NCBI GenBank assembly: GCA_951406725.2
Contig: OX597818.1
Span: forward strand, 112,964,001 to 113,028,000
Source: Octopus vulgaris
Taxonomy: Eukaryota
DNA length: 64,000 nt
Reading direction: 5' to 3'
Positions 26,977 to 41,100 of this stretch are shown here, one piece after another. The notes below the pieces were generated by a model. That model was given only the letters and a program-made list of their open reading frames with translations, was not told where the DNA came from and did not search any database. The position numbers and the translations under genes were made by a program. Numbering within the stretch: position 1 is the stretch's first letter; each line of letters begins with the position of its first letter.

Positions 26977-27174
26977 TTATAGAGGGTCGATTTGCTCGAC
27001 TAAAGACGTTGCTCCTCTTGGCCACAGTCAAATGACTGAATCACGTGAAAGAATAAAAGAATGAGGATGAGTATAGGCAAATGAATTATCATTTTTATTC
27101 AAATTCGGTAGAGTTGAAACCTCTCGATGCAAGAATTCTAACAACATTCTTCATAATCTTTCATTTACATTATT

Positions 27175-27315
27175 GGCTTCAAATGTTGACACAAAGCCAG
27201 CAATATCAGCGGAAGGTATAAGTCGTTTACATCGATCACAGTGTTCAACCGGTACTTGTTTTATCGTCCTGAAATAATGAAAGGCAAAGTCAACTTCAGT
27301 AGAATTTGAACTCGC
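27175..27315 (-). mobile_element. SINE family N fragment
   Basis: atgaaaggcaaagtcaacttcagtagaatttgaactc. Confidence 0.65.
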
Positions 27316-28224
27316 CGCTTTTCTTCAATTTATAATACTGAATGCTGATAGTTGTAGGCTAAATCTTGCCTTGAAGGAATCTCATGAACCACAATAATGG
27401 AGACGCATTATGCTCCCTATTTATGATGTTTGCGCGGTGTTAGGGGCAACTGTAAAACAAGCTAATGCAATTTTCTATCTCTTTGCGGCTAATTATTTGA
27501 TCACACAAAAAATTCTAGCGGTTTGCCAAAGAATATTTTCGAAATAAATTCAGCACCAGAGGGGTGGATTATTATAAAAGGAGCAGTAGTTGTTGCATGC
27601 AAAGTTCTTGGATAAACCGATGCAGCCAATAAATTCAGCGTGGCATTGGAGAGGAATTCGATGATCACATACCAGGCAATTGCGTACCAGCAGATGAAAT
27701 GTAGAGATAAGCTATTATATTTTCAGTCTATTGGTAGTACCAAATATTTATTGAGAATACGTCGTATTAAACCTTTAACCTACATAGTAACATCTGTTTC
27801 TTGTGCATAATGTATACATACAAAATCTGTTTATCTAAACACAGTCAATATTTTTGAATATTTGCAGAACTCGCTTATTTTAAGAAAATAGCATATTGTT
27901 TTTATTCTTTGTTTATTAGTTATATATCTATTTATTTCTTTAAGTATGTATTGCCACTCTAGAATGAGCACATCCGAAAATACAAATATATGCACTCACA
28001 TTCTCATACTCGCTTTTAAACACCTATACAGTGTGATTCAACGGATATGCTACGCTTATTTGGTTTCCGTGTATTTATGAATCTATGTGTGAGTTTGTCT
28101 GTGTGTGCGTGTGTGTTTATTTTCAAATGTATATATATATATATACAAATATATGTTTGTATATGAATGTGCGATATCTGTTATTACTCAACTTTTCTCT
28201 AGTTATATGTGTGTATAAGTATGT

Positions 28225-28286
<62 letters not shown>

Positions 28287-28326
28287 GTATATATGTATAT
28301 ATATATATCTATATCTATATATATAT

Positions 28327-28371
<45 letters not shown>

Positions 28372-29049
28372 TATGTATGTCTTTTTATCTATGTATCTAT
28401 ATATATGTCTGTCTGCCTTCTTTATCTCTCTCTCTCTCTCGATGTGTTTATATAGATACATATACATATATATATTCACACACATTTATATATATATACG
28501 TTCGTACATATCTATACACACATACACACATACATACATACATACATAAATACATACATACATAAATACATGTAGTTACGTGTGTATCTATGTATGTGTA
28601 AAAATGACATCTAATACTTATCACTATTCCATATACGAAGAACGATAAACTTCAGGTATGCAATATATAGTTTATTTCGTAGACTTAAAACAACTTATAA
28701 TTGCTTCGAAAATTCTATATAAAAGAAACTTTGAGTTTTTCCTCAATTATCACTATAGAATGCCTTCAAGCTTAAAATAGTGTTTCACTTTATTGATTTA
28801 CTACTGAACTTCTAAACAATTTAAAATATTGCGGAAGTCTCATGTCTACCTTTCGTTAGCATTTTTATACATCTCACAAATCTACACTCGCTTGTAATTG
28901 TGATCATGTTTACGTTTTTCCGAATGTTATTTTCATTTGCTTCATTGAACTATGGTCACGTTTGGGCACTGCTTCGTTGTATTTATTCCATCCTATGAAC
29001 CCATTCTCTTGTGACTATTTCACTCTATATATTTTATTGATATGCGTGT

Positions 29050-29096
<47 letters not shown>

Positions 29097-29106
29097 TCTT
29101 GTGTAA

Positions 29107-29177
<71 letters not shown>

Positions 29178-29271
29178 CATACATACATACATACATGCAT
29201 ATATATATATATACAGATATATACATATATGTACATACCTACATATATATGTATATATACATGCATATATC

Positions 29272-29590
29272 GGTACAGGGCATCAGAAAAATACGTTGAA
29301 CACAATGAGAAACGAAAACAAAAACAAAAACATAGAAACGAACTTATTTTTCGAACAACGAAAAAAAAATCAGAGATGAGAATGCAACATAAAGTATATT
29401 CCCTTTCTTCAGCTGTCCCTGTTTCATCTACTCCGCAATTCGAATGCAAGGACGTGTTATAATACTATTCCACCACAGCCATACCAACACTCCAGCATAC
29501 CTCCATCATCAGCTGCTCCACGAATATCCTTATGGTTTCGACACCTGGGCAGTACCATCCAATCTGGCGGTGTCAACAGCACTAAAATCA
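29272..29590 (-). mobile_element. PLE-like terminal fragments
   Basis: The minus strand has ctgtt-gacacc...ggtgtc-GAAAC followed by ctgatgatggagg, then ctgaagaaagggaa and a T-rich tail similar to 11462-11600. Confidence 0.35.
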
Positions 29591-30628
29591 GTGTTGTTTG
29601 GAAACAAACAAACCAAAATACTACAACTTTCAGACACATTTATACTATGCACAACCGTATCGATAAATAAATTTGATAAGTAAATTACAGCCACTCCTAA
29701 ATACGTAAGTTATAAAAACTTTTAATCCCCACCGTCTTCTGCAATGTAATATAAAAGTAAACGCTCAATAACCACATTATTTCAATCAATCAATATATAG
29801 ACAGGATTTAGCACTAACTTCAATAAAGCTACAGCAAGGGACAATTAAACCAATGTACATTGTATCGGTATTAATAGTAATCTGCAATAACTAAATTATG
29901 TACTAAATTGCGATCCATCTTTAATTCCATATAAATAATGATCCCACCGGTCTTCCATAGATACTACAACAATGAAAGTTCAAGCCATATAAAATTATTC
30001 CAAAACAAAACACGTTTGAAATTAATTTCACTACTATTTATGAGTGAAACATTATTTCATTACTCAAAAGTTAATAATAAAACACTACATACTCATTAAT
30101 ATATCACCACTTCAAGTTATAATATTAAATTACCAGGGACTAATATAAACTTGAATTTCATATGTAATTATTACTATAAGAAAAAGGAGAAAATATTTTG
30201 GATACTTATTTTATATATATAAATTTCGCTTTTGTACCTGGTTTCGTGTGTTAAAGCAAATTTCCTTGTGTCTGGGGAGTGTCATTTCGTCATTATGCCT
30301 TATTAAATAACACAATTATCAGTACGACTTCCACTGAAAGTACTTATATATATTTTTTCTTCTAGAATTTTCGGTGCTTATCGTATCCTTCTCAACTGTT
30401 AGTGACTGTCTGTTATCGGACATGGGTTCCTCTTGTTCCTTTCGTTTGTTTATGCGCATGTGTATGCGTAAGAGTGCATGTGTATGCACATATGTATACA
30501 TACATATATGCATACACACACAGGCGCACACGCACATAATACACATATACATGTATACATACATACATACATACATACATACATACATACATACATACAT
30601 ACATACATACATACATGCATACATATAT

Positions 30629-31352
30629 ATCACCCACATCATAAGCAATTGTCCGAAACATTCATCACGGTATTATCTACCGATGAGACATGATGTTGTA
30701 GCTAGGACGCTCTATAATGAAATCCGTTAGAAGGATAATTCCGAGGACAAATAAATAAGGAGCCACAATATGGTAGAAGCCATAGCCACTCATAATGAAA
30801 AGGAATACAGGTGGATATCCAAGTGAAGGCCTCAACAAAAACTAAGCACAACAGACCTGATATAATGATTTGGTATAGAGAAGAGAAACGATGCAGAGTT
30901 GTGGAAATTAGCTTCCCAGCGGATGTTAACATAAAGCTGAAGATGAGTGAAAAAGAGAATACCTATGCTGAATTATTGAGAAATCTACATTTACTCTTTC
31001 CAGATTACAAGACTACAGACCCAATCCATCACTGGAACTGTAAAAATTTGTAAAAACTTTCCAGAAGTTTATCATTTAAATATATATGAGTATGTCTAGA
31101 CATGCAACTATATGCATGAGAATACATACAGGAAACATACAAATACATACATACATATATACATACATACATACATACATACATACATACATACATACAT
31201 ACATACATACATACGTACATACATACATACGTACATACATAGAAATGTATCCTGTTGTTGATATTGAAATTCTAATGACAGAACCTTAGATCTAGGTTAG
31301 AAACTGGTTCATTCTCAATTGGCAAGAAATCTTGAAATAAATTAAATAATGA
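30629..31352 (+). mobile_element. R4/Dong-type (REL endonuclease) non-LTR retrotransposon 3' fragment with 3' UTR, embedded in (TACA)n
   Basis: HIISNCP (end of CCHC knuckle), RHDVVA, HNRPDIMIW...VVEISFP...EKENTY form the PD-(D/E)xK REL domain. It is preceded by (ACAT)n, and the putative 3' UTR contains and ends in ACAT repeats. Confidence 0.85.
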
Positions 31353-31375
31353 CATACATATGTATATATGACACA

Positions 31376-31512
31376 GGTGCAGGCGTGTTTGTGTGGTAAG
31401 ACAACCATATTAACCGGCGCTCCGACTTACTGCCTGGCACTTGGGCATGTCTCTTCTGTATGCTCGGACCAATCAAAATCTTGTGAATGAATTTGGTAGA
31501 TGGAAAGTGAAA
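31376..31512 (+). mobile_element. SINE family A head fragment
   Basis: ggtgcaggcgtgtttgtgtggtaag..ggcacttgggca..ttgtgaatgaatttggtagatggaaa. Confidence 0.65.
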
Positions 31513-32587
31513 ACCTATTTTCTAGTTTCCTTGTGCAAATATTTGACGCCCACCACTGCTGCAATGAAATAGCAGTCGTCACTACCTCCAGAGTAACAAA
31601 TTAAGAAATGGACACCATAACTGATTATATGCCACTTCAGCAAGTGAGGCAATAATGTAAGAGATGGGCAAAAAAAACCGCGGTCCTCTTACAGAAATAT
31701 TTGCGGCGCACCTGGATACGCCTACCATGACAACGAGATTATATGACACTTAATTAGGGTTTTAATTATGAGCCAGGTAATCTTACACGCTAAGTCGAGA
31801 TGCCCGGATAGCGCAAGTCATTTCAAAATGAGTATTAACTGAAGGCGTCATAATAGATATTTTATCTTTCTCACAGAATATGTCCATTGGCAAGATATTG
31901 TTGAATAGAGTAATTTCGTACGGTAATAATGAAAGAGATTGCTAAAGGGATCGCTACTCGTTGCAATACCTTGTGTAGTGTCAGTGTGAAGGCCATAAAC
32001 ATGACAGTTCATGTATTTACGTCATCCTAGATTACAGCACTGAAGCACAGCAGGTTGCCGCCTGCACCATATGTCACCATTGGCATGTCACCAAAATTGA
32101 TTTATCTCATTTGTATCAAACGACGTCGTATGACTGTACGTTGATACCATCATTTAATGCGTGTACGTGCATATTAAATCTGCTTTTTGTGAGGCCCTGT
32201 GCTTCATTCTAACACACAATCAGCTCAAAATACACATCGGTCTCCTGAATAATGAACGTTTACAATATATCACCGTCGTGGTGCTACGAATGATTTGGAA
32301 ATCGCAAGAAAATCCTAGTCAAACAAACTTCTTAACCATATAGCCAGGAATGTGTCAATGTAAAACACATAAGCAAATACACACAGACACACACAAACAG
32401 AAACACACGTGCGTGCGCGCGCACACACAAACACGTACACAAACATTTATACTCATGCATATTTATATATATGTACGTTGGTTCTTATATATATGTATCT
32501 TTATAATAATCACGTACATGCAAATATTTATCCATATATACATCTATAAATCTATATATTTATCTAAGTAGATAGCTACATCTATAT

Positions 32588-32623
<36 letters not shown>

Positions 32624-32650
32624 ATCTATATCTATCTATATCTATATCTA

Positions 32651-32692
<42 letters not shown>

Positions 32693-33554
32693 AATATCTA
32701 TCTATCTATCTATCTATCTATATATATATATATATCTATATATATATATATATATATACACATACATATAGTTGATATTTAAAGAAAAGCGAAACGTATA
32801 TATGTAGGTATGTAGGTATGTATATAAATGTACATGTAGAGAATATACATACATAGATGCATAAAATAAATATGGATCTTGTCCCAACATGAATATAACC
32901 AAATGGTTTGTAGCTGTTACATCGATTAATAAATTTCCTGGATAGTGTCGACCTGCCATCATTCGACATGAAATATTACGTTCCCTGCAACAATTCAAAT
33001 CTTTAGTGTATATTTACTAATGGAAATATCGGTGGGAAAAGACAGCGACATCAGCTACTTTTGAAAATATTTCAAACTAACGGAAATCTTTCACGTAAAA
33101 TCTACATGAGCTGTCAGCTCTCTTGAAATGCAAATAATACGAGTTTCTCGTAAAATAACTAGTTTATCCAAGTAACTTTTGTTGAAACAAGCTTTCAGGG
33201 ATTTGTCTCGTGAGGACTTTCTGCTCTGACATTTCTCTGCAATTATGCTGCGTTTTATGCAATACAATATATTCGACATTATTATTCGAAACTTTTTAAA
33301 AACCTGCCTGCAGAGTACAGTGTAGCGTAAACATTAGTATATTCATTGCAGAATTATACGAAAATTATATCAAAATTAACTTTGAGCGAATACGTTCTTT
33401 GACATTCACTCAAAAATCACAAAATGTGTGATACACACACACACGCACTGGAAATGTGTTTTATTGTATTTGTAGACACACACAATAAAAATATTTCTGT
33501 GTATTTGTGTATGTATATGTTTGTGTGTGCACATTTCCACATATATTTATACAC

Positions 33555-33694
<140 letters not shown>

Positions 33695-33734
33695 CAATAG
33701 ATTAAACTTCATACTTTCTTAAATAATTTCTCCG

Positions 33735-33952
33735 CAGTCCATCGCAGCATTACTCAAGAAACAGGAAGAAAGTGTGAGAGAAAGTTGGACGAAAGAGTGC
33801 AACAGGGGTCACCACCCACCCTGCCGGGGGGTCGTGGGACTTTAGGTGTTTTCGCTAAACAAGCACACAGAAGGCCCGGTCTGGGAATCGAAACTGCCAT
33901 CCTCCGACCGCGAGTCCGCTGCTCTAACCACTGGGTCATTGCGTCTCCACCA
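33735..33952 (-). mobile_element. tRNA-derived SINE (head B), 3' truncated
   Basis: ggagacgcaatgacccagtggttagagcagcggactcgcggtcggagg..tttcgattccca. Confidence 0.8.
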
Positions 33953-34246
33953 TATAAATTTAGTGAAATCAAAAATTATGTTAGATGAACAATAATTTTT
34001 AAATATTTCTTAGTGTATTTATATTTACAGGAAGCCTATTCTGCAATTCATTATATATTTGATCATGCTCCAGGAGTAAAAGATATATTTTGTGAGAATA
34101 ACTCTCGAAGGCAGTAATCCTTCATATTCGTAGGATGAAGTTTATTGCCATAAATAAACTGAAGCAGATCTTTCTCAGAATTCAGCGTCAGGAAGAGCAG
34201 ATTCACACTGGTGTCAAAAACATGTATCACTATTATATTACTTGGG

Positions 34247-34521
<275 letters not shown>

Positions 34522-34524
34522 CAT

Positions 34525-34815
34525 ATTTATTATTTATGCGCTCTTTTCAAGCCTAGCCAGACTCATGGACCCGGTTCCCAGGTTTCTGTGACGTATACGC
34601 CCCTCCCAGGTGGACGGGACGCCTGTCCATCGCAACGTTACTGAAGAAACACGAAGAGAGAGTGAAAGAAAGTTGGGTCGCCGCAAACCCTGCCGGATCC
34701 TCGTGGGGCCTTTAGGTGTTTTCGCTCAATAAACACACACAACGCCCGCTCTGGGTATCGAAACCGCGATCCTCCGACCGCGAGTCACTGGCCTAACCGC
34801 TGGGCCATTGCGCCT

Positions 34816-34818
<3 letters not shown>
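34525..34818 (-). mobile_element. tRNA-derived SINE (head B, tail Y), full length
   Basis: ggaggcgcaatggcccagcggttagg..tttcgatacc head. The tail ..gaaacctgggaaccgggtccatgagtctggctaggcttgaaaagagcgc ends in an A/T-rich repeat. Confidence 0.85.
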
Positions 34819-34876
<58 letters not shown>

Positions 34877-36179
34877 TGTATATGCATGTATATGTATATA
34901 CATATATATATATATATATGTGTGTGTATGTGTGTGTGTATACATATACATATACATATATATATATAACGATGAATAGCCTTCGCGTAAACCATTGGTT
35001 CGTTTTGTTCTCTTACTTTATTATCATCTTATAATCATCTCATAATAATGACCTTTATGACTCGTATTACTACCTCAGTCAATCTAAATGTATATATTTG
35101 TCACTACCTGTCATAAATAGCCTTTTTCTATTTGCAATATGCATTTTCGTTGATTTTTCATATTTTACCCTTACATTTCCACGTGTATTTTATATTTTCC
35201 TTTCGTAACATATTTCCACTATATATGTATATATATACTTTATTTTCTCTCCTTCTGTATATACTATTCATTTTAATTGATATCTAATTTCTAATACTCT
35301 CTTGATATACTGAACATTATCAGATATTGCCAGGTTATGAAACCTGCTCCCAGTATACACATATATTACGATAGACACCAAAACTTGTTATTTATTGTTT
35401 AATGAACAATTACAAGAATGCCTAGAAGCGATCAGTGTGTAAATCTAGAAGAACTGTCTGATATAGCTTTGCGTGTTATGAATTGCTTTCAAAAGATGGC
35501 GTCTATTTTATATGAAAATCGTTTGCCCTGATTAAATGCTATAATAGACGCATTAGCCAGATTTTCAATGAAAGTCGCTTACTCATTAGTGATAATGGAA
35601 CAAAAGCTAAATAGAAAGTTAATTTTGTGCTCTGCATTTATCTGCAATATTGATCAGAAACAAAAACAAATATAAAATTATAATTACACAAATAAAATAG
35701 ATATTTCTGTGTTATAATTATTTATCTTCAGGAATTTGTGGAACTTTTAGTGTAAAGAAGTAATTTATGTTACATTTGTTTTTTAATGTCACATCATTGT
35801 AGCTTTTTTAATTGAATTTACTGCTTGATTAACGACCGCAAGTGTTTTTATGTCTGTAACCTCCTGTTGGTGCTCTGCTGTATTTCAAGGCGGGGAAAGA
35901 ATTTTCATCTATATCATCATAGAGGTAAGAAAATCTCAAGAAAGAGAGACCTGAACAGCAGAAGGCTTTTATAGAAATGGAACCCCTCCGTCTCAGGCAT
36001 GAGTTTCAGCTCTTAACGTTTTACACTCTGATGGTGTCAGGCCGAATTCTGGTCATGATTCCTGTGTGTCTTTCTTTCGACACATTTTACCCACTTGGAT
36101 ATTGACGACTTTGGAGATTTCACGTACTTTCAAATTCTCACCTTTAATTCAGCTTTCAATCTGATAATTAACACTGAAT

Positions 36180-36390
36180 TCAAATTTTGGCACAAAGCCA
36201 GCAATTTCGGGGTAATGCGTAAGTCAATTATATTGACCTCAGTAATTAACTGGTACGTATTTTATCGACCCGGAAAGGTTGAAAGCAAAGTCGAACTCGG
36301 CGGAATTTGAACTCTGAACGGAAACACGGACGAAATCTCGCTAAGCATTTCGCCTGGCGTGCTAACCATTCTGCCAGCTCATCGCCTTAA
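36180..36390 (-). mobile_element. SINE family N, near full length
   Basis: Matches 8462-8663 along its length (aaagtcgaactcggcggaatttgaactc..gctaagcatttcgcc..ctgccagctc..gcctt). Confidence 0.8.
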
Positions 36391-36769
36391 ATTTATTCTT
36401 GATATTTTTACCTAAACTCGAAACTGTTGCCTTTGCGCGATCACAATACCAGATTCCGAGAGAAACTATTATCTAAGAATTCGAAATCATTGATGTAATG
36501 ATGCCATTTGTAATATAATCAGGATAACAATATTACTGGATGAATAAGGTGCCAACGTTATTTATCATAAGTCGGTTTGATTGCTGTTGTGCTTAGCACA
36601 AAGAAGCATGGCGTCACCTCAATCATTACCGTCGCGATTTCTATAATATTTGTCATTATCGCAGTTGTTGTCGTTATCATCATCATCATCATCATCATTT
36701 ACTTCTTCTTCTCCACCTCCTCCTCTCTATTGTTATTTCTCTTCGTCACATGTTTTGTTGGAGGTCCTG

Positions 36770-37590
36770 GAGTCTTGCATGCATAGTGGTCTTACTGCCT
36801 GCAGCTTACGGTTCCATGCTATTCATTCTATTCAACTAATATTTCCTGATTATTCTGGCTGTGCCAATGAGGCAAAACTTTTGTAACAGTTCTACTGGGT
36901 ATTCTATTCCAATTTCCTTTATATTCCTCTTGATGACTTCTGACACTGTTCAAAAGTGTTTTTTTCGTACTTAAGAGGGTTCTATATCTATCTTTTCGTC
37001 TGAATATTCGTGGGTCAAATGGATATGCAACATCAACTATATAGCATATGTGGTGCACCTTGTTCACCACCACTAGGTCCGGTCTGTTATGCTCTAGCCC
37101 CTGATTTGTTTGGATTGGGAAATCCCAGAGGATTTTACTAGTTTCCGACACTCTCTGCGGTTTGTGCTCATACCACGTCTTGCCTCTCTCTAGCCCCCAC
37201 TTTTTGCACAGTTTCCAATGTAGCGCTTTCGCTACCTGATCCTGTTACCACAACTTGTGTTTGTTTGGAGCAAGTCCAGGGCATTCGTTCGTGATATGGG
37301 CTATGGTTTCATCCATCCTATTGCAGATGCGACACAGCGGAGAAACTTGCTCATTCTTTAGGTTGACCCTCATGTCTGTGGCCAGAGCTTGGTCCAGCGC
37401 TGCCAGTATATTCCTCCCGGACTCATTTTTTAGTGTTCCTTTCAGCAGCCATTCCCAAATATCTTTCCAGCAACTTCTGTTGTGGCTACTTGGAACTGAT
37501 TGTGTAGTCCCATATTACGTAATACTTCTTCACGTCTTTTTTGTACTACTTCCTTTGTGTTCCCATTTTTCTCTGCTCCCAATCCTTCCT
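36770..37590 (-). mobile_element. R4/Dong-type retrotransposon 3' fragment (CCHC + REL)
   Basis: PLCRICNRMDETIAHITNECP (CCHC), DQVAKALHWKLC..WYEHKP, KILWDFPIQT..HNRPDLVVV..IVDVAYPFD. Followed on the minus strand by degenerate trinucleotide repeats. Confidence 0.9.
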
Positions 37591-38189
37591 CGGCTATGAG
37601 AAAGATATAACAATGCATAAATATACAGACATATAGACATTTCATACTAACGTCAGAAGTAAGAAAACATAAACATTTATAAATATGAAATATATTCATC
37701 TATTTCCGCTTATTATTCAACCTGTTTTTTGTAGCATACATACGCAAAATATTCTATGATTAAGAATGGTATATTTGGGAAAATTAGTGAATTATTCTTG
37801 GATAGCCAAAGTTTTTCATTTACCTGGGTGTCATCCAAAAATTCTAACGGCTCCCGTTCAATCTCAGTTTTCAGCATGTCCAGGTTCGGTTTTGTTTTCG
37901 AAATACATATCTCAGAAATGGTGCAATTTGCGAGACAGATGCATTTACATAAATCGTTCACTTTATAAAATCAAACAATTGCGAAACCGGTTAAATGACT
38001 TAGCATTAATATAGATATATTTTCATATACATAATCAGTTCGTTTTTCATTTCTGTATTTGCTATATTTTCATACCTGTGTGAGTGCCTATCTATGTATA
38101 CGTTCACAAATAGCTATTCCAGTCGAATAAACCATATAAACAATGAAGTCAGTAACAACTTAAGAACTTAAGCTGCAGAAAGTAATAGC

Positions 38190-38286
<97 letters not shown>

Positions 38287-38296
38287 TATGTATATG

Positions 38297-38386
<90 letters not shown>

Positions 38387-38770
38387 TGTGTGTATATAAT
38401 ATTTAGCAACATGAGTCATTATATCATATTTGCTGCCAGCGATGTCAAATATATAATATTGACAACATACCGTAAATTTGCAAATAGTTTTATAGCAATA
38501 AAAAATATATATTTAGAATTACATTAAATGCCAAACAATGATTTATGTCGTAGCTTCTCGGATTACCATGAAATAAGAAAAATTATCGAAGTTTGCTCAT
38601 AAATTATGCATTGTGGTGACATCAATAACATGTTCCCACTTTGGATTGTGACACTATCTACAAATCATTGATAGGTACACAGACGATACTCACAAACGGC
38701 ACCCCACAGACATGCTCTCCTCCCCCATACTCTCCCCCACACACTCATAAACACACACACTCACAAACAT

Positions 38771-38835
<65 letters not shown>

Positions 38836-38892
38836 CATGTACTTGTGTGTGCACGGTGTGTATGAACATAAAATTCTGGTTTTCATTCCCAG

Positions 38893-38946
38893 ACCAGGTG
38901 ATGCATTCTTTTCTTCAACGAATCATCAGTGCAGCACACCGATCTG
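38893..38946 (+). other. Candidate 54-nt exon
   Basis: Pyrimidine tract + cag acceptor (ttttcattcccag) and G|gtaaga donor. Length is divisible by 3 and two frames are open. No recognisable protein. Confidence 0.3.
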
Positions 38947-39021
38947 GTAAGAATAAGCCACCTAGCGAGAGGCAGGCATCCCGTCAAGGGAAACATATAT
39001 ATATATATATATATATATACA

Positions 39022-39142
39022 TAAATTAGTAATGCAATACTAGAGTATTGCTTTCTAGTAAAGAATAGCTTCTTTGTATATTTTTCCCCCACGGGCTATT
39101 CTTTACTCGAAAGCAATACTCTAGTATTGCATTACTAATTTA
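39022..39142. repeat. Fold-back hairpin (48 bp arms, 1 mismatch) adjacent to (TA)n
   Basis: 39022-39069 vs 39095-39142. Each arm contains the internal palindrome GCAATAC-N4-GTATTGC. Confidence 0.85.
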
Positions 39143-39949
39143 CTGAAACTTCTTCACCGTTCTCGTGCTGTTAGCGTTTCGGCGTTTCAGTCGAGTGTAA
39201 TGGCATTAATGTGGTAACATCTGAAAGGTTGTCGTGGTATATGTTTGGCTGATGAAGATAGATCAAGTTTATGGGTGCAGACATATCTTGAAAGATCTGA
39301 AACCTGCGCAGGTCCCACATTATCTTTTTCCAGGTATTTCATCTTTCAGATGTTCTCCCATTGGGCGGTGTAAATTCGTGATAGGACTGGAGTCTAAAAT
39401 ATTGTAATTCCGCTCCCGTCTGTACTTCTGTCTGTAGTGCTCTGGCGACTGCAGTAGAAGCAGCATTACGAGCAGGCCGAAGTACAGATTCTTCTTCAGT
39501 TTTCCCCGTAAGGAACGCAAAACGGAAGCATTTCTTTTAATTTTTCTGCCAATGTGACTCTTGCTTTTTCGAAGCATTCTGTCGAAAATCTGTAGTTGAA
39601 TGAATTTCCAGAAAATCACTTAAATTTACCTTGTTGCTGTTTGCAAGCACTAAATATAGTATTTCAACACAAAAAATTCCCACAATGCTAAACCGTACGA
39701 TTATTTACAACAGTATTGTAAGCGCCAAGTGGCACGTGAACGCGGACAAGTTGCGAATGAGCATTCACGTCTATCAGCACATGTGGACAGAACGTATTTC
39801 AAGAAAATCGATATTCTACCGACCAAAAGTACAATTGTGTAAAATCTAAACGATCGATGCAAACACAAGTGTACTGGCAAGTAACAGAAGATAAAGGGCG
39901 TTTCTAAGACATATCACAGTGAGGCGAGAAATTTAAATAACAAGAATGT

Positions 39950-40115
39950 GCAAATCGAGACCTGTTCATTTCTGAGTTCCTTTCTGATGAAGAGCGTAGG
40001 CTCAAAACGTAAAACACTTTCTCATTTCCCGAGTGTTAAACTAATACACCTAATTGTTGTTTACACACCTGTCTTTGTCTTTTGTTTCGTTTATCTTTTT
40101 GGTAATTCCAACTAT
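39950..40115 (+). mobile_element. Penelope-like terminus with decayed minimal HHR
   Basis: ttt-CTGATGA-a-gagc-gtag-gctc-AAAAC-GTA-aaa (GAAA mutated to AAAA), followed by a T-rich tail ending at TA repeats. Confidence 0.6.
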
Positions 40116-40932
40116 ATACATATGTCATAATGTTTTAAAGTAGTTAAACTGATCTGAACCAAATTCTTGATTGTTGAAAAACGGAATTTATTAGTTTTTG
40201 CAAATAAATTTTTGTGAAATACAAGAAATTAGATTTACTTAGGCGAGTTTACGACTGAAGCCTGTGAGTTCCAAACCTCTCCATAGGTGTTAAATTTTGA
40301 AAATAACTATTACAATAATTGCAATAACCTAATGCATGTTATCCAACTAGTGAAAACCATTGCCGACTCTTTGCTTGGAAGGAACACCAACGTGAGCTCC
40401 CTTCAGTTTTCCCTGAGGTAAACACAAATAAAACGATTTGCGTCGTAGGCGCGTGTGAGTGTGTAATTGTGCGCATGTTACGCAAACACACACACACACA
40501 TACACATACACATATGTACATGTCTCCCCCTATCTCTGTCTGTATATGTGTCTCTGCGTGTATATGTCTCTCTATATATATTCTTTTTATATGTGTGCGT
40601 AGACATATGAACTGTTATGTAAATCGATAGATAAATACATAGTTAGACAGATAGACAGACAGATAGAATGTTAGATGCAAAACGGAGATACAAAAATATA
40701 GATTAATAAAGTGAAATATCTCTGTGATCTGAATATGTTTTCTAATATTCTGATAATAATTTATACAACGATAATAATATTATCTGATCATTAATTTGCA
40801 GACGTTTTTCGCTAAAATATTTATCCATTCCCATCTCGTTCCATGCTGTGGAACGTCGTTTTGAAATTTCAAAACCATATTGTAAACATGGATCATCTGA
40901 TTGCGTAAATATTTGGCAAATACATAAAAATA

Positions 40933-41100
40933 TCCATCCATCCATCCATCCATCCATCCATCCATCCACACATACATACATACATACATACATACATACA
41001 TACATGCATACATACATACATACATACATACATACATACATACATACATACATACATACATACATACATACATACATACATACATACATACGTACGTACA
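40933..41100. repeat. (CCAT)n-(ACAT)n microsatellite
   Basis: Directly visible. Confidence 0.95.

Larger units (their letters stand above)
26160..27062 (+). mobile_element. SINE family A split by PLE-like fold-back insertions
   Basis: Head 26160-26310 runs into (TA)n. The tail resumes at 26984 (gggtcgatttgctcgactaaag...aaatgactgaa). Confidence 0.7.

Noticed and set aside
37255-37599. 114 aa plus-strand ORF (likewise 44038..44376, 44512..44853, 45459..45779)
   Set aside because: Antisense shadows of retrotransposon coding sequence.
37713-37961. Minus-strand frame ..MLKTEIEREPLEFLDDTQ with a cag|gtaaat donor
   Set aside because: Plausible exon, but isolated and without an identifiable partner exon or domain.
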